A DNA stretch of 64,000 nucleotides from assembly GCF_024700885.2 (NCBI RefSeq), contig NZ_CP117016.1, one strand, 5' to 3'. The notes below the pieces were generated by a model. It did no database searches. It saw only the letters and a program-made list of their open reading frames with translations, and was not told where the DNA came from. Numbering within the stretch: the first letter of the stretch is position 1; every line of letters begins with the position of its first letter. The position numbers were made by a program, and so were the translations under genes. Of the stretch, positions 8,866 through 18,959 are shown one piece after another. This stretch comes from Escherichia coli. GTDB lineage: Bacteria > Pseudomonadota > Gammaproteobacteria > Enterobacterales > Enterobacteriaceae.

Positions 8866-10350
8866 TTACTTCGCTCTCAGCTTATTGTAGTGATAACCCG
8901 AGGTAAAAATACCAGAGACATCAGACAACTTTAAACTGGCTATCTGGGGAAGCAGAACATACATGGTTTTTCCTTCCGGCACGACAGAAAGCCTGAACTG
9001 AGATTCAAGAATGTTCAGCAATGCGTTCAGTTTTTTCCTGTTTCTGAACCGACCCGGGCCACACTGGAGAATATAATTTTTCCTGACACGGGGTGGGCAT
9101 TCTCCGCGGCACTCCTCAATGAGCCAGTCGAACAGCTCCTCGGCGTCCTTCTGCTGCAGTTCAGATTCATCAGGTAACGCAAATAATTTTTTATATTCAT
9201 CTGTGTACCACGAACTTATTACGACAGCAGACGTCATGATATCGGCAGAGATTTTCCCTTCACCATAGTTGAAATACTGAAATAACGCTGCAATTCTTGC
9301 AATGTTTTCTGTTTTTTTTGAAACATGTCCCCGAAACGGGCTTAAGGGTCCGGAAGGGGATAAATCCTGCTCCAGAACATTATAGTGCTCAATAAATATT
9401 TTTTGCGCTTCAGGCGAAAAATGCAGACAATACCGTTCATCCTCACTGGATTTTTCAATACTGCCTCTGGCCAGTTCCATTAATCGTTCATGAAATGCCG
9501 TTAATGATCCTCCCGGAATCACAGCTCCGTTAATAAAGCGTTTCCCCTGCGTGGTTGCAGGTTTACTGATAAGACAACGGGCAAGAAAACCACTGTCCCT
9601 GGCAACAGAACCTTTTCGCTCCATATATCGGTCAAAAAGACCGGGTTGCACCATGAGGGATAACGTCATTCTGGCATTTTCAATCATCTGTTCGGGTTCA
9701 TTCTTTCTGTCCACAGACAATACAGAGCCATCCCACATTTTGTTAATAAAAGGCAACTCAGACAGGGTATATCCATCAAATATAATACCGGCTTCATCTG
9801 ACATAATACCCACTGAACGCCATTTACCATAAAGCTGATTCTTAATTGCCGCAGTCGTGGCATCATTAAAAATGAATTTATACCTCACAGGTTCTTCCGC
9901 ACTGTTTTTCTGAAGTACTTCCAGTTGTCTGAGGGTTTCTGACTCATCCGCGCCTTTGCGGAGTTCTTTATTCAGTTTTGACAACAATGCTTTTTTCTGA
10001 GCCTTTAAAAGCTCTTCCTTGTTTTTCCAGACAGCCAGTTCACTTTTGTATCTGGAATATAACTGCATCTCCTGCTGGTACAGGGGCTTCATTAATAATT
10101 TGTCCACTGCGGTTTTTCGTTCTCCGGACTCGGCAAGCGTCAGGAAAAAAAGAGAGACCGGCCCCCGCAGTGTATTCAGTCTGCAGACATCAATCAGATT
10201 CTGGCAGACAAGTGAAACAGCGCCCAGGGCAGACGCTGCCACAAGCCCAAGGGGAGCCTGCGTAATTTGCTGAGCTTCAATAACGGCATCACGAATGAGT
10301 GGAGGCAGCGAACTCAGGGGAAACTCATCACAAGGCTGACCGAATGACAT
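8866..10350 (-). CDS. DUF3987-like (YfjI-like, primase C-terminal-like) island protein
   Basis: Approx. 490 aa with an SDEAG segment, next to alpA as in CP4-type islands; start at MSFGQP with GTGAGG upstream; ORF track extends to 10419. Confidence 0.45.
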   Translation of the reverse strand: MSFGQPCDEFPLSSLPPLIRDAVIEAQQITQAPLGLVAASALGAVSLVCQNLIDVCRLNTLRGPVSLFFLTLAESGERKTAVDKLLMKPLYQQEMQLYSRYKSELAVWKNKEELLKAQKKALLSKLNKELRKGADESETLRQLEVLQKNSAEEPVRYKFIFNDATTAAIKNQLYGKWRSVGIMSDEAGIIFDGYTLSELPFINKMWDGSVLSVDRKNEPEQMIENARMTLSLMVQPGLFDRYMERKGSVARDSGFLARCLISKPATTQGKRFINGAVIPGGSLTAFHERLMELARGSIEKSSEDERYCLHFSPEAQKIFIEHYNVLEQDLSPSGPLSPFRGHVSKKTENIARIAALFQYFNYGEGKISADIMTSAVVISSWYTDEYKKLFALPDESELQQKDAEELFDWLIEECRGECPPRVRKNYILQCGPGRFRNRKKLNALLNILESQFRLSVVPEGKTMYVLLPQIASLKLSDVSGIFTSGYHYNKLRAK

Positions 10351-11580
10351 AGTAACCTCACTACACACAGATATAAAAGCACTGCAATTCTGGCTATTAA
10401 TAGCAAAAATAGCAGTCAAATCAATATGAGGTAAAAATTTTTGTTGATTTAATGGTTAAATAATAACCACAGTGTGTTTTGCTGCTGAAGAAAGACAAAA
10501 TGAATCTGTGTGTCCCCTCCTTCCCTTCAGAGCACATCCACTATTCAAATTTTACACAACCACGTACGAACAAAAAGCATCATCCCGGGTATTGCAGATA
10601 CCGGTTTCCTGCCGGGATGAATCATAAACAGAACACCGGGAATAACGCCTTCAGGAATCCCCCCCCTCCTGAAGAAGAATAAAATAAAGAAGACTACATT
10701 TCCTGCACTGTATGCTGAGTACAATATTCTATGGACAGGATGACATATTTATAAATAACAAAAACCATTTAATACTGATACATCAATAAAATACTTCCTC
10801 CCTGCTGACGCAGATAAAATGCACCATTTTTTCTTCAAATACTTCTGTATAATCGCCAGCCAATGATGAGAATGGATTAAAATAACACTTCTTCGACAAA
10901 CACAAAAACAGCCTTCATTTTACATCATCATCCAGTTTCAGTTAACCCCGGACGAGCAACAGCGTTTCAGTACAGGAATTAAAAGCCAGCTTTTGCTCAG
11001 TAAAAACACACTCAACTAATAATATCTCAGCAGATATTATCCTGACCAGGACACCTCACATTACTGAATTCTCTTCCGACAGTATCACTGCACAAATAAA
11101 AAAGAACGGGATAAATATTCAGACCGGAAGAATGGTGTCACAAAAGCATTTAATCATTACGCATGACCAGGAAGGGAAACACTTAACCACATGGTATCAA
11201 CAGATATCATTACGTGTGCACTCTTATAAAAAACACACAGAAGAAGTAAGATAATTATAAATGTAAATTTAATATCTCCCACTGACATCTCCCCCACAAT
11301 ACACTGAAAAATACTCACAGCAGTAAACACAGACACACCTGATAATCATGCAGCCGATAAATATTTTCCCCTTTACGGAGAAATCAGCCTGCTGTTTAAC
11401 AATAACGGCGTATTTTCATGGAAGGAGATCACCCAGTAACGGATAAGTCCTGATCTCCTTCATGTTAATACGCAACAATCCCATCGATTAAAAACAATTT
11501 CAGACAGATATTATCTCCGTGAATCCCCCGCCACCTTTCCGGTGCGCGGGATTTTGTCTTTTTTCACCGGGAATACATGT

Positions 11581-12453
11581 ATGAATCCGTCTGATGCCAT
11601 TGAGGCAATTGAAAAACCGCTCTCCTCCCTGCCTTACTCGCTTTCCCGTCACATCCTGGAACATCTGCGCAAACTCACCCGTCACGAACCCGTGATTGGC
11701 ATTATGGGTAAAAGCGGGGCCGGTAAATCCTCACTCTGTAATGCACTGTTTCAGGGGGAGGTCACCCCGGTCAGTGATGTTCACGCCGGCACCCGGGAAG
11801 TACGGCGCTTCCGTCTGAGTGGCCACGGTCACAGCATGGTTATCACTGACCTGCCCGGGGTGGGCGAGAGCCGGGACAGGGATGCAGAGTATGAGGCCCT
11901 GTACCGTGACATTCTGCCTGAACTTGACCTGGTACTGTGGCTGATTAAAGCCGATGACCGTGCCCTGTCTGTGGATGAGTATTTCTGGCGACACATCCTG
12001 CACCGGGGACATCAGCGGGTACTGTTTGTGGTGACGCAGGCCGACAAAACGGAGCCCTGCCATGAATGGGATATGGCCGGTATTCAGCCTTCTCCTGCAC
12101 AGGCACAGAATATTCGCGAAAAAACGGAGGCGGTATTCCGTCTGTTCCGGCCCGTACATCCGGTTGTGGCCGTATCGGCCCGCACCGGCTGGGAACTGGA
12201 TACGCTGGTCAGTGCGCTCATGACAGCGCTTCCCGACCATGCCGCCAGTCCCCTGATGACCCGACTGCAGGACGAGCTGCGCACGGAATCTGTCCGGTCT
12301 CAGGCCCGTGAACAGTTTACCGGTGCGGTGGACCGGATATTTGACACGGCGGAGAGCGTCTGTATTGCCTCTGTTGCACGCACGGTTCTGCGTGCCGTCC
12401 GTGACTCGGTGGTCTCTGTTGCCCGCGCTGTATGGAACTGGATTTTCTTCTGA
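11581..12453 (+). CDS. yeeP: YeeP/YkfA/YfjP-family GTPase
   Basis: P-loop GIMGKSGAGKSSLCNAL, then DLPGVG and TQADK motifs; positioned upstream of flu as in CP4-44. Confidence 0.7.
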   Translation: MNPSDAIEAIEKPLSSLPYSLSRHILEHLRKLTRHEPVIGIMGKSGAGKSSLCNALFQGEVTPVSDVHAGTREVRRFRLSGHGHSMVITDLPGVGESRDRDAEYEALYRDILPELDLVLWLIKADDRALSVDEYFWRHILHRGHQRVLFVVTQADKTEPCHEWDMAGIQPSPAQAQNIREKTEAVFRLFRPVHPVVAVSARTGWELDTLVSALMTALPDHAASPLMTRLQDELRTESVRSQAREQFTGAVDRIFDTAESVCIASVARTVLRAVRDSVVSVARAVWNWIFF

Positions 12454-12572
12454 ACACTCTGCCAGGGGAAATGCCTGATTATATTGCATTAACAAACTGA
12501 AAACATGACACAAACCCCTCATACTCCTCCTGTTTCTCTTGCGTGACCGCCTTGTCGTTAATAGAATAAAAC

Positions 12573-12608
12573 GATCGATAAAACAGGTATCGATCGCTAC
12601 TATCGATC
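12573..12608 (+). promoter_or_regulatory. agn43 phase-variation switch: three GATC Dam sites within the OxyR-binding region
   Basis: GATC at 12573, 12592 and 12605 in AACGATCGATAAAACAGGTATCGATCGCTACTATCGATCGTTTATAG, about 220 bp upstream of the flu ATG. Confidence 0.7.
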
Positions 12609-12825
12609 GTTTATAGTGGTTAATGGCCTGCGAAAAGGCAGCTGAATCTCTTCATCATGCAGAACGGAATTGCACACAACGGACTGATACTTCTCTGGCG
12701 GATGAGAGAGGGGAAGCATTTATGTCCGGGAAAAACCACTTTATCTGACCATGCTGTTTTGTACCTGCCGGTATCCACATTTGTGGGTACCGGCTTTTTT
12801 ATTCACCCTCTGTAAGGAAAAGCTG

Positions 12826-15672
12826 ATGAAACGACATCTGAACACCAGCTACAGGCTGGTATGGAATCACATTACGGGTACCCTGGTGGTGGCCTCCGAA
12901 CTGGCCCGCTCACGGGGAAAACGCGCCGGTGTGGCGATTGCGCTGTCTCTTGCTGCTGTCACATCAGTCCCGGCACTGGCTGCTGACACGGTTGTACAGG
13001 CGGGAGAAACCGTGAGCGGCGGAACACTGACAAATCATGACAACCAGATTGTTCTCGGTACGGCCAACGGAATGACCATCAGTACCGGTCTGGAGTATGG
13101 GCCGGATAACGAGGCCAATACCGGCGGGCAATGGGTACAGGATGGCGGCACAGCCAGTAATACCGCCATCAGCAGCGGCGGTCTCCAGTTTGTAGGTGCC
13201 GGGGGAAAGGCTACAGACACAATAATCAATGAAGGAGGCGGACAAAGTCTGAAGGGACTGGCACTGAACACCACGCTGAATGGTGGCGAGCAGTGGATGC
13301 ATGAGGGTGCGATAGCCACAGGAACCGTCATTAATGATAAGGGCTGGCAGGTCGTCAAATCCGGCGCAATGGCAACCGACACGGTTGTGAATACCGGCGC
13401 GGAAGGGGGACCGGATGCAGAAAATGGTGATACCGGGCAGTTTGTTCGCGGAAATGCCGTACGTACCACCATCAATAAAAATGGTCGTCAGATTGTGGCT
13501 GCTGAAGGAACAGCAAATACCACTATGGTTTATGCCGGCGGAGACCAGACTGTACATGGCTACGCGCTGGATACCACACTGAACGGCGGTAACCAGTATG
13601 TGCACAACGGCGGTACAGCGTCTGACACTGTTGTTAACAGTGACGGCTGGCAGGTGGTGAAGGATGGTGCAGTGGCTGAGAATACCACCGTTAATCACAA
13701 GGGCAAACTGCAGGTGAATGCCGGTGGTGTCGCTGTTGATGTTACTCAGAATCAGGGAGGGGCACTGGTTACCAGTACTGCTGCAACGGTTCTTGGCAGC
13801 AACCGTCTGGGCAATTTCGCGGTGGAAAACGGTAAGGCTGACGGCGTGGTTCTGGAATCCGGTGGTCGCCTGGATGTACTGGAGAGCCATTCAGCACAGA
13901 ATACCCTGGTGGATGACGGCGGTACCCTGGCAGTGTCTGCCGGTGGTAAGGCAACAGGTGTCACCATGACATCCGGTGGTGCCCTGATAGCAGACAGTGG
14001 TGCCACTGTTGAGGGTACCAATGCCAGCGGCAAGTTCAGTATTGATGGCATATCCGGTCAGGCCAGCGGCCTGCTGCTGGAAAATGGCGGCAGCTTTACG
14101 GTCAATGCCGGGGGACAAGCCAGCAACACCACGATCGGACATCGTGGAACACTGACGCTGGCTGCCGGGGGAAGTCTGAGTGGCAGAACACAACTCAGTA
14201 AAGGCGCCAGTATGGTACTGAATGGTGATGTGGTCAGTACCGGCGATATTGTTAACGCAGGGGAGATTCGCTTTGATAATCAGACGACACAGGATGCCGT
14301 GCTGAGCCGTGCTGTTGCAAAAGGCGACGCCCCGGTAACGTTCCATAAACTGACCACCAATAACCTCACCGGCCAGGGCGGCACCATCAATATGCGTGTT
14401 CGCCTTGATGGCAGCAATGCCTCTGACCAGCTGGTGATTAATGGTGGTCAGGCAACCGGCAAAACCTGGCTTGCGTTTACAAATGTCGGAAACAGTAACC
14501 TCGGGGTGGCAACCACCGGACAGGGTATCCGGGTTGTGGATGCACAGAATGGTGCCACCACAGAAGAAGGTGCATTTGCCCTGAGCCGCCCGCTTCAGGC
14601 CGGCGCCTTTAACTACACCCTGAACCGTGACAGCGATGAAGACTGGTACCTGCGCAGTGAAAATGCTTATCGTGCTGAAGTCCCCCTGTATGCCTCCATG
14701 CTGACACAGGCAATGGACTATGACCGGATTCTGGCAGGCTCCCGCAGCCATCAGACCGGTGTAAACGGTGAAAATAACAGCGTCCGTCTCAGCATTCAGG
14801 GCGGTCATCTCGGTCACGATAACAACGGCGGTATTGCCCGTGGAGCCACGCCGGAAAGCAGCGGCAGCTATGGCTTCGTCCGTCTGGAGGGTGACCTGCT
14901 CAGAACAGAGGTCGCCGGTATGTCTGTGACCGCGGGGGTATATGGTGCTGCTGGCCATTCTTCCGTTGATGTTAAGGATGATGACGGTTCCCGCGCCGGC
15001 ACGGTCCGGGATGATGCCGGCAGCCTGGGCGGATACCTGAATCTGGTACACACGTCCTCCGGCCTGTGGGCTGACATTGTGGCACAGGGAACCCGCCACA
15101 GCATGAAAGCGTCATCGGACAATAACAACTTCCGCGCCCGGGGCCGGGGCTGGCTGGGCTCACTGGAAACCGGTCTGCCCTTCAGTATCACTGACAACCT
15201 GATGCTGGAGCCACAACTGCAGTACACCTGGCAGGGGCTCTCCCTGGATGACGGCCAGGATAACGCCGGTTATGTGAAGTTCGGGCATGGCAGTACACAA
15301 CATGTGCGTGCCGGCTTCCGTCTGGGCAGCCACAACGATATGACCTTTGGCGAAGGCACCTCATCCCGTGACACCCTGCGCGACAGTACAAAACACCGTG
15401 TGAGTGAACTGCCGGTGAACTGGTGGGTACAGCCTTCTGTTATCCGCACTTTCAGCTCCCGGGGTGACATGAGCATGGGTACAGCCGCCGCCAGCAGTAA
15501 CATGACGTTCTCACCGTCCCGGAATGGCACGTCACTGGACCTGCAGGCCGGACTGGAAGCCCGTGTCCGGGAAAATATCACCCTGGGCGTTCAGGCCGGT
15601 TATGCCCACAGCGTCAGCGGCAGCAGCGCTGAAGGCTATAACGGTCAGGCCACGCTGAGTGTGACCTTCTGA
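12826..15672 (+). CDS. flu: antigen 43 self-associating autotransporter adhesin
   Basis: MKRHLNTSYRLVWNHITGTLVVASELARSRGKRAGVAIALSLAAVTSVPALAADTVV signal region and near-identical C-terminal translocator; AAGGAAAAG before ATG. Confidence 0.9.
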   Translation: MKRHLNTSYRLVWNHITGTLVVASELARSRGKRAGVAIALSLAAVTSVPALAADTVVQAGETVSGGTLTNHDNQIVLGTANGMTISTGLEYGPDNEANTGGQWVQDGGTASNTAISSGGLQFVGAGGKATDTIINEGGGQSLKGLALNTTLNGGEQWMHEGAIATGTVINDKGWQVVKSGAMATDTVVNTGAEGGPDAENGDTGQFVRGNAVRTTINKNGRQIVAAEGTANTTMVYAGGDQTVHGYALDTTLNGGNQYVHNGGTASDTVVNSDGWQVVKDGAVAENTTVNHKGKLQVNAGGVAVDVTQNQGGALVTSTAATVLGSNRLGNFAVENGKADGVVLESGGRLDVLESHSAQNTLVDDGGTLAVSAGGKATGVTMTSGGALIADSGATVEGTNASGKFSIDGISGQASGLLLENGGSFTVNAGGQASNTTIGHRGTLTLAAGGSLSGRTQLSKGASMVLNGDVVSTGDIVNAGEIRFDNQTTQDAVLSRAVAKGDAPVTFHKLTTNNLTGQGGTINMRVRLDGSNASDQLVINGGQATGKTWLAFTNVGNSNLGVATTGQGIRVVDAQNGATTEEGAFALSRPLQAGAFNYTLNRDSDEDWYLRSENAYRAEVPLYASMLTQAMDYDRILAGSRSHQTGVNGENNSVRLSIQGGHLGHDNNGGIARGATPESSGSYGFVRLEGDLLRTEVAGMSVTAGVYGAAGHSSVDVKDDDGSRAGTVRDDAGSLGGYLNLVHTSSGLWADIVAQGTRHSMKASSDNNNFRARGRGWLGSLETGLPFSITDNLMLEPQLQYTWQGLSLDDGQDNAGYVKFGHGSTQHVRAGFRLGSHNDMTFGEGTSSRDTLRDSTKHRVSELPVNWWVQPSVIRTFSSRGDMSMGTAAASSNMTFSPSRNGTSLDLQAGLEARVRENITLGVQAGYAHSVSGSSAEGYNGQATLSVTF

Positions 15673-15792
15673 CAGAACCATCGCCTCTCTGTGGTCCCGG
15701 TCATCATGATCGGGACCCGGACCGGCGCAACGGATATTCAACGCCACATTCGCTGGCATTAACAATAACATGATATTCATCACGGAGTGACT

Positions 15793-18309
15793 ATGTTACA
15801 GATAGTCGGCGCGCTGATCCTGCTGATCGCAGGATTTGCCATTCTTCGCCTTTTGTTCAGAGCATTAATCAGCACGGCTTCTGCGCTGGCAGGGCTCATA
15901 TTGCTGTGTCTGTTCGGCCCGGCCTTACTGGCTGGCTATATCACCGAACGCATAACCCGGTTGTTCCATATTCGCTGGCTGGCAGGCGTATTTCTGACGA
16001 TTGCCGGAATGATCATCAGCTTCATGTGGGGACTTGATGGTAAACATATCGCGCTGGAGGCTCACACCTTTGACTCTGTGAAATTTATTCTGACCACCGC
16101 TCTCGCCGGTGGTCTGCTGGCTGTTCCCCTGCAGATCAAAAACATTCAGCAGAACGGGATCACACCAGAAGATATCAGCAAGGAAATTAACGGGTATTAC
16201 TGCTGTTTTTATACTGCCTTTTTCCTTATGGCGTGTTCTGCATGCGCACCATTGATCGCGTTACAGTACGATATTTCACCGTCACTGATGTGGTGGGGCG
16301 GGTTGTTGTACTGGCTGGCTGCATTAGTGACGCTGCTATGGGCGGCCAGCCAAATCCAGGCGCTGAAAAAACTGACCTGTGCCATCAGCCAGACACTGGA
16401 AGAACAACCGGTGCTCAACAGTAAATCGTGGCTGACCAGTTTGCAAAACGATTACAGCCTTCCTGACTCACTGACGGAGCGCATCTGGCTGACGCTCATT
16501 TCTCAACGGATTTCCCGGGGAGAGCTGAGGGAATTTGAACTGGCAGACGGAAACTGGTTACTGAACAATGCCTGGTATGAAAGAAACATGGCAGGGTTTA
16601 ACGAACAGTTGAAAGAGAACCTGTCATTCACACCTGATGAACTGAAAACGCTCTTCCGGAACCGCCTGAATTTATCACCGGAAGCGAATGACGATTTTCT
16701 CGATCGTTGCCTGGACGGCGGTGACTGGTATCCCTTTTCAGAAGGTCGCCGTTTTGTATCATTCCATCACGTGGATGAGCTTCGTATCTGTGCCTCCTGC
16801 GGGCTGACAGAAGTACATCATGCCCCGGAAAATCATAAGCCGGATCCGGAATGGTACTGCTCCTCTCTTTGTCGCGAAACAGAAACACTGTGTCAGGAAA
16901 TTTATGAACGCCCTTACAACAGCTTTATTTCCGATGCAACGGCGAATGGTCTGATTCTCATGAAACTGCCGGAAACCTGGAGTACAAATGAGAAAATGTT
17001 TGCTTCCGGAGGGCAGGGACATGGGTTTGCCGCTGAACGGGGAAACCATATTGTCGACAGAGTCCGTCTGAAAAACGCACGGATCCTCGGTGATAATAAT
17101 GCCAGAAATGGAGCAGACAGACTGGTCAGCGGAACAGAAATCCAGACGAAATATTGTTCAACTGCAGCCCGTAGCGTCGGTGCGGCATTCGACGGACAAA
17201 ACGGACAGTATCGTTACATGGGAAATAATGGCCCCATGCAACTGGAAGTCCCCCGTGATCAGTATGCCGGCGCTGTTGAAACCATGAGGAATAAGATCCG
17301 CGAAGGTAAAGTACCCGGTGTAACCGATCCCGCAGAAGCATCCCGGCTGATTCGTCGGGGACATCTGACTTATACTCAGGCCCGTAATATCACCCGGTTC
17401 GGGACCATCGAATCGGTCACTTATGATATTGCCGAGGGTTCGGTTGTCAGTCTGGCGGCCGGAGGGATCAGTTTTGCCCTGACGGCATCGGTCTTCTGGC
17501 TCAGCACCGGCGATCGCGATGCTGCCCTGCAGACAGCTGCTGTCCAGGCAGGAAAAACCTTCACCCGCACACTGGCTGTCTACGTCACAACCCAGCAACT
17601 CCACCGGCTCAGTGTTGTTCAGGGTATGCTGAAGCACATTGATTTTTCGACTGCCAGCCCGGCTGTTCGACTGGCTCTTCAGAAGGGGACCGGTGCAGGA
17701 AATATCAGTGCCCTGAACAAAGTGATGAAGGGTACGCTGGTGACATCTCTGGCACTGGTAGCTGTCACAACCGGCCCTGACATGATCAAAATGTTGCGGG
17801 GACGGATCTCCGGTACGCAGTTCATCAGGAATCTTGCCGTGGCATCTTCCGGTGTGGCAGGTGGTGCTGTCGGGTCAGTGGCGGGCGGAATACTGTTCAG
17901 TCCACTGGGACCATTTGGTGCACTGACAGGGCGTGTGGTTGGCGGTGTTCTGGGGGGAATGATTGCCTCCGCTGTATCAGGAAAAATTGCCGGAGCGCTG
18001 GTTGAAGAAGATCGCGTCAAAATTCTGGCAATGATTCAGGAGCAGGTGACATGGCTTGCCGGCAGTTTCCTGCTGACCGGACATGAGATTGAAAATCTGA
18101 ACGAGAATCTGGCCCGTGTTATCGATCAGAATGCTCTGGAGATCATTTTCGCCGCCGGTATACAACAACGGGCCGCGACCAATATGTTAATCAAACCACT
18201 GGTGGTCAGTATCATCAGGCAACGCCCCGTCATGGAATATGATGCATCCCATCTCGGCAATATGGTTAACCGACTGGAAGAAGCATTACCCCCGGAGTTA
18301 CCGGCATAA
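15793..18309 (+). CDS. yeeR: YeeR-like inner membrane protein (838 aa) with C-terminal glycine-zipper segment
   Basis: Position immediately after flu; N-terminal TM helices; GGAVGSVAGGILFSPLGPFGALTGRVVGGVLGGMIASAVSG near C-terminus. Confidence 0.55.
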   Translation: MLQIVGALILLIAGFAILRLLFRALISTASALAGLILLCLFGPALLAGYITERITRLFHIRWLAGVFLTIAGMIISFMWGLDGKHIALEAHTFDSVKFILTTALAGGLLAVPLQIKNIQQNGITPEDISKEINGYYCCFYTAFFLMACSACAPLIALQYDISPSLMWWGGLLYWLAALVTLLWAASQIQALKKLTCAISQTLEEQPVLNSKSWLTSLQNDYSLPDSLTERIWLTLISQRISRGELREFELADGNWLLNNAWYERNMAGFNEQLKENLSFTPDELKTLFRNRLNLSPEANDDFLDRCLDGGDWYPFSEGRRFVSFHHVDELRICASCGLTEVHHAPENHKPDPEWYCSSLCRETETLCQEIYERPYNSFISDATANGLILMKLPETWSTNEKMFASGGQGHGFAAERGNHIVDRVRLKNARILGDNNARNGADRLVSGTEIQTKYCSTAARSVGAAFDGQNGQYRYMGNNGPMQLEVPRDQYAGAVETMRNKIREGKVPGVTDPAEASRLIRRGHLTYTQARNITRFGTIESVTYDIAEGSVVSLAAGGISFALTASVFWLSTGDRDAALQTAAVQAGKTFTRTLAVYVTTQQLHRLSVVQGMLKHIDFSTASPAVRLALQKGTGAGNISALNKVMKGTLVTSLALVAVTTGPDMIKMLRGRISGTQFIRNLAVASSGVAGGAVGSVAGGILFSPLGPFGALTGRVVGGVLGGMIASAVSGKIAGALVEEDRVKILAMIQEQVTWLAGSFLLTGHEIENLNENLARVIDQNALEIIFAAGIQQRAATNMLIKPLVVSIIRQRPVMEYDASHLGNMVNRLEEALPPELPA

Positions 18310-18384
18310 CGGCTATTCTGCGCCTTTTACGCTTTATCACCTGATTTGTCAGTGTCATCGTCATGACTCAGAGAGGTAAATACC

Positions 18385-18840
18385 ATGATTCACCTGTTCA
18401 AAACCTGCATGATTACCGCCTTCATTCTGGGGTTAACGTGGTCTGCCCCACTCCGGGCACAGGATCAACGTTACATCAGTATACGCAATACAGATACGAT
18501 ATGGCTCCCGGGAAATATTTGTGCTTACCAGTTCCGGCTGGATAATGGCGGAAACGATGAAGGATTTGGCCCCCTCACCATCACTCTGCAACTCAAAGAC
18601 AAATATGGTCAGACGCTGGTGACCAGAAAAATGGAAACGGAAGCTTTTGGTGACAGTAATGCCACGCGAACCACAGACGCATTTCTGGAAACGGAGTGCG
18701 TGGAAAATGTCGCCACAACCGAAATCATCAAAGCAACTGAAGAAAGTAACGGCCATCGTGTCAGTCTGCCGTTATCGGTTTTCAATCCCCAGGACTACCA
18801 TCCACTGCTGATTACCGTTTCCGGAAAAAACGTTAACTGA
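18385..18840 (+). CDS. hypothetical secreted protein (151 aa, N-terminal signal peptide)
   Basis: GAGAGG Shine-Dalgarno; hydrophobic N-terminus ending APLRAQD. Confidence 0.5.
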   Translation: MIHLFKTCMITAFILGLTWSAPLRAQDQRYISIRNTDTIWLPGNICAYQFRLDNGGNDEGFGPLTITLQLKDKYGQTLVTRKMETEAFGDSNATRTTDAFLETECVENVATTEIIKATEESNGHRVSLPLSVFNPQDYHPLLITVSGKNVN

Positions 18841-18865
18841 TCCCTGAAGTCAGTTTCATGCTTCA

Positions 18866-18897
18866 GCCTCTGTCACAACGCGTGGCAGAGGCTTTTT
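18866..18897 (+). terminator. Rho-independent terminator (GCCTCTG stem, 13-nt loop, T5)
   Basis: GCCTCTGtcacaacgcgtggCAGAGGCTTTTT immediately after the 151-aa gene. Confidence 0.6.
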
Positions 18898-18959
18898 ATT
18901 TATCAGGAGAAAACAGATATGCGTAAGCGTGCAGCAAGAACCGTATTGACGGGGATGTG

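Noticed and set aside
11731-12522. 263-aa minus-strand ORF opposite the YeeP-like GTPase gene
   Set aside because: The plus-strand frame carries the P-loop motifs; the antisense frame is Arg/Gly-rich low complexity.
13891-15099. 402-aa minus-strand ORF (and several other 60-300 aa ORFs on both strands) inside flu
   Set aside because: Antisense to a well-supported autotransporter gene; long open frames arise from the repetitive Gly/Thr-rich passenger coding sequence.
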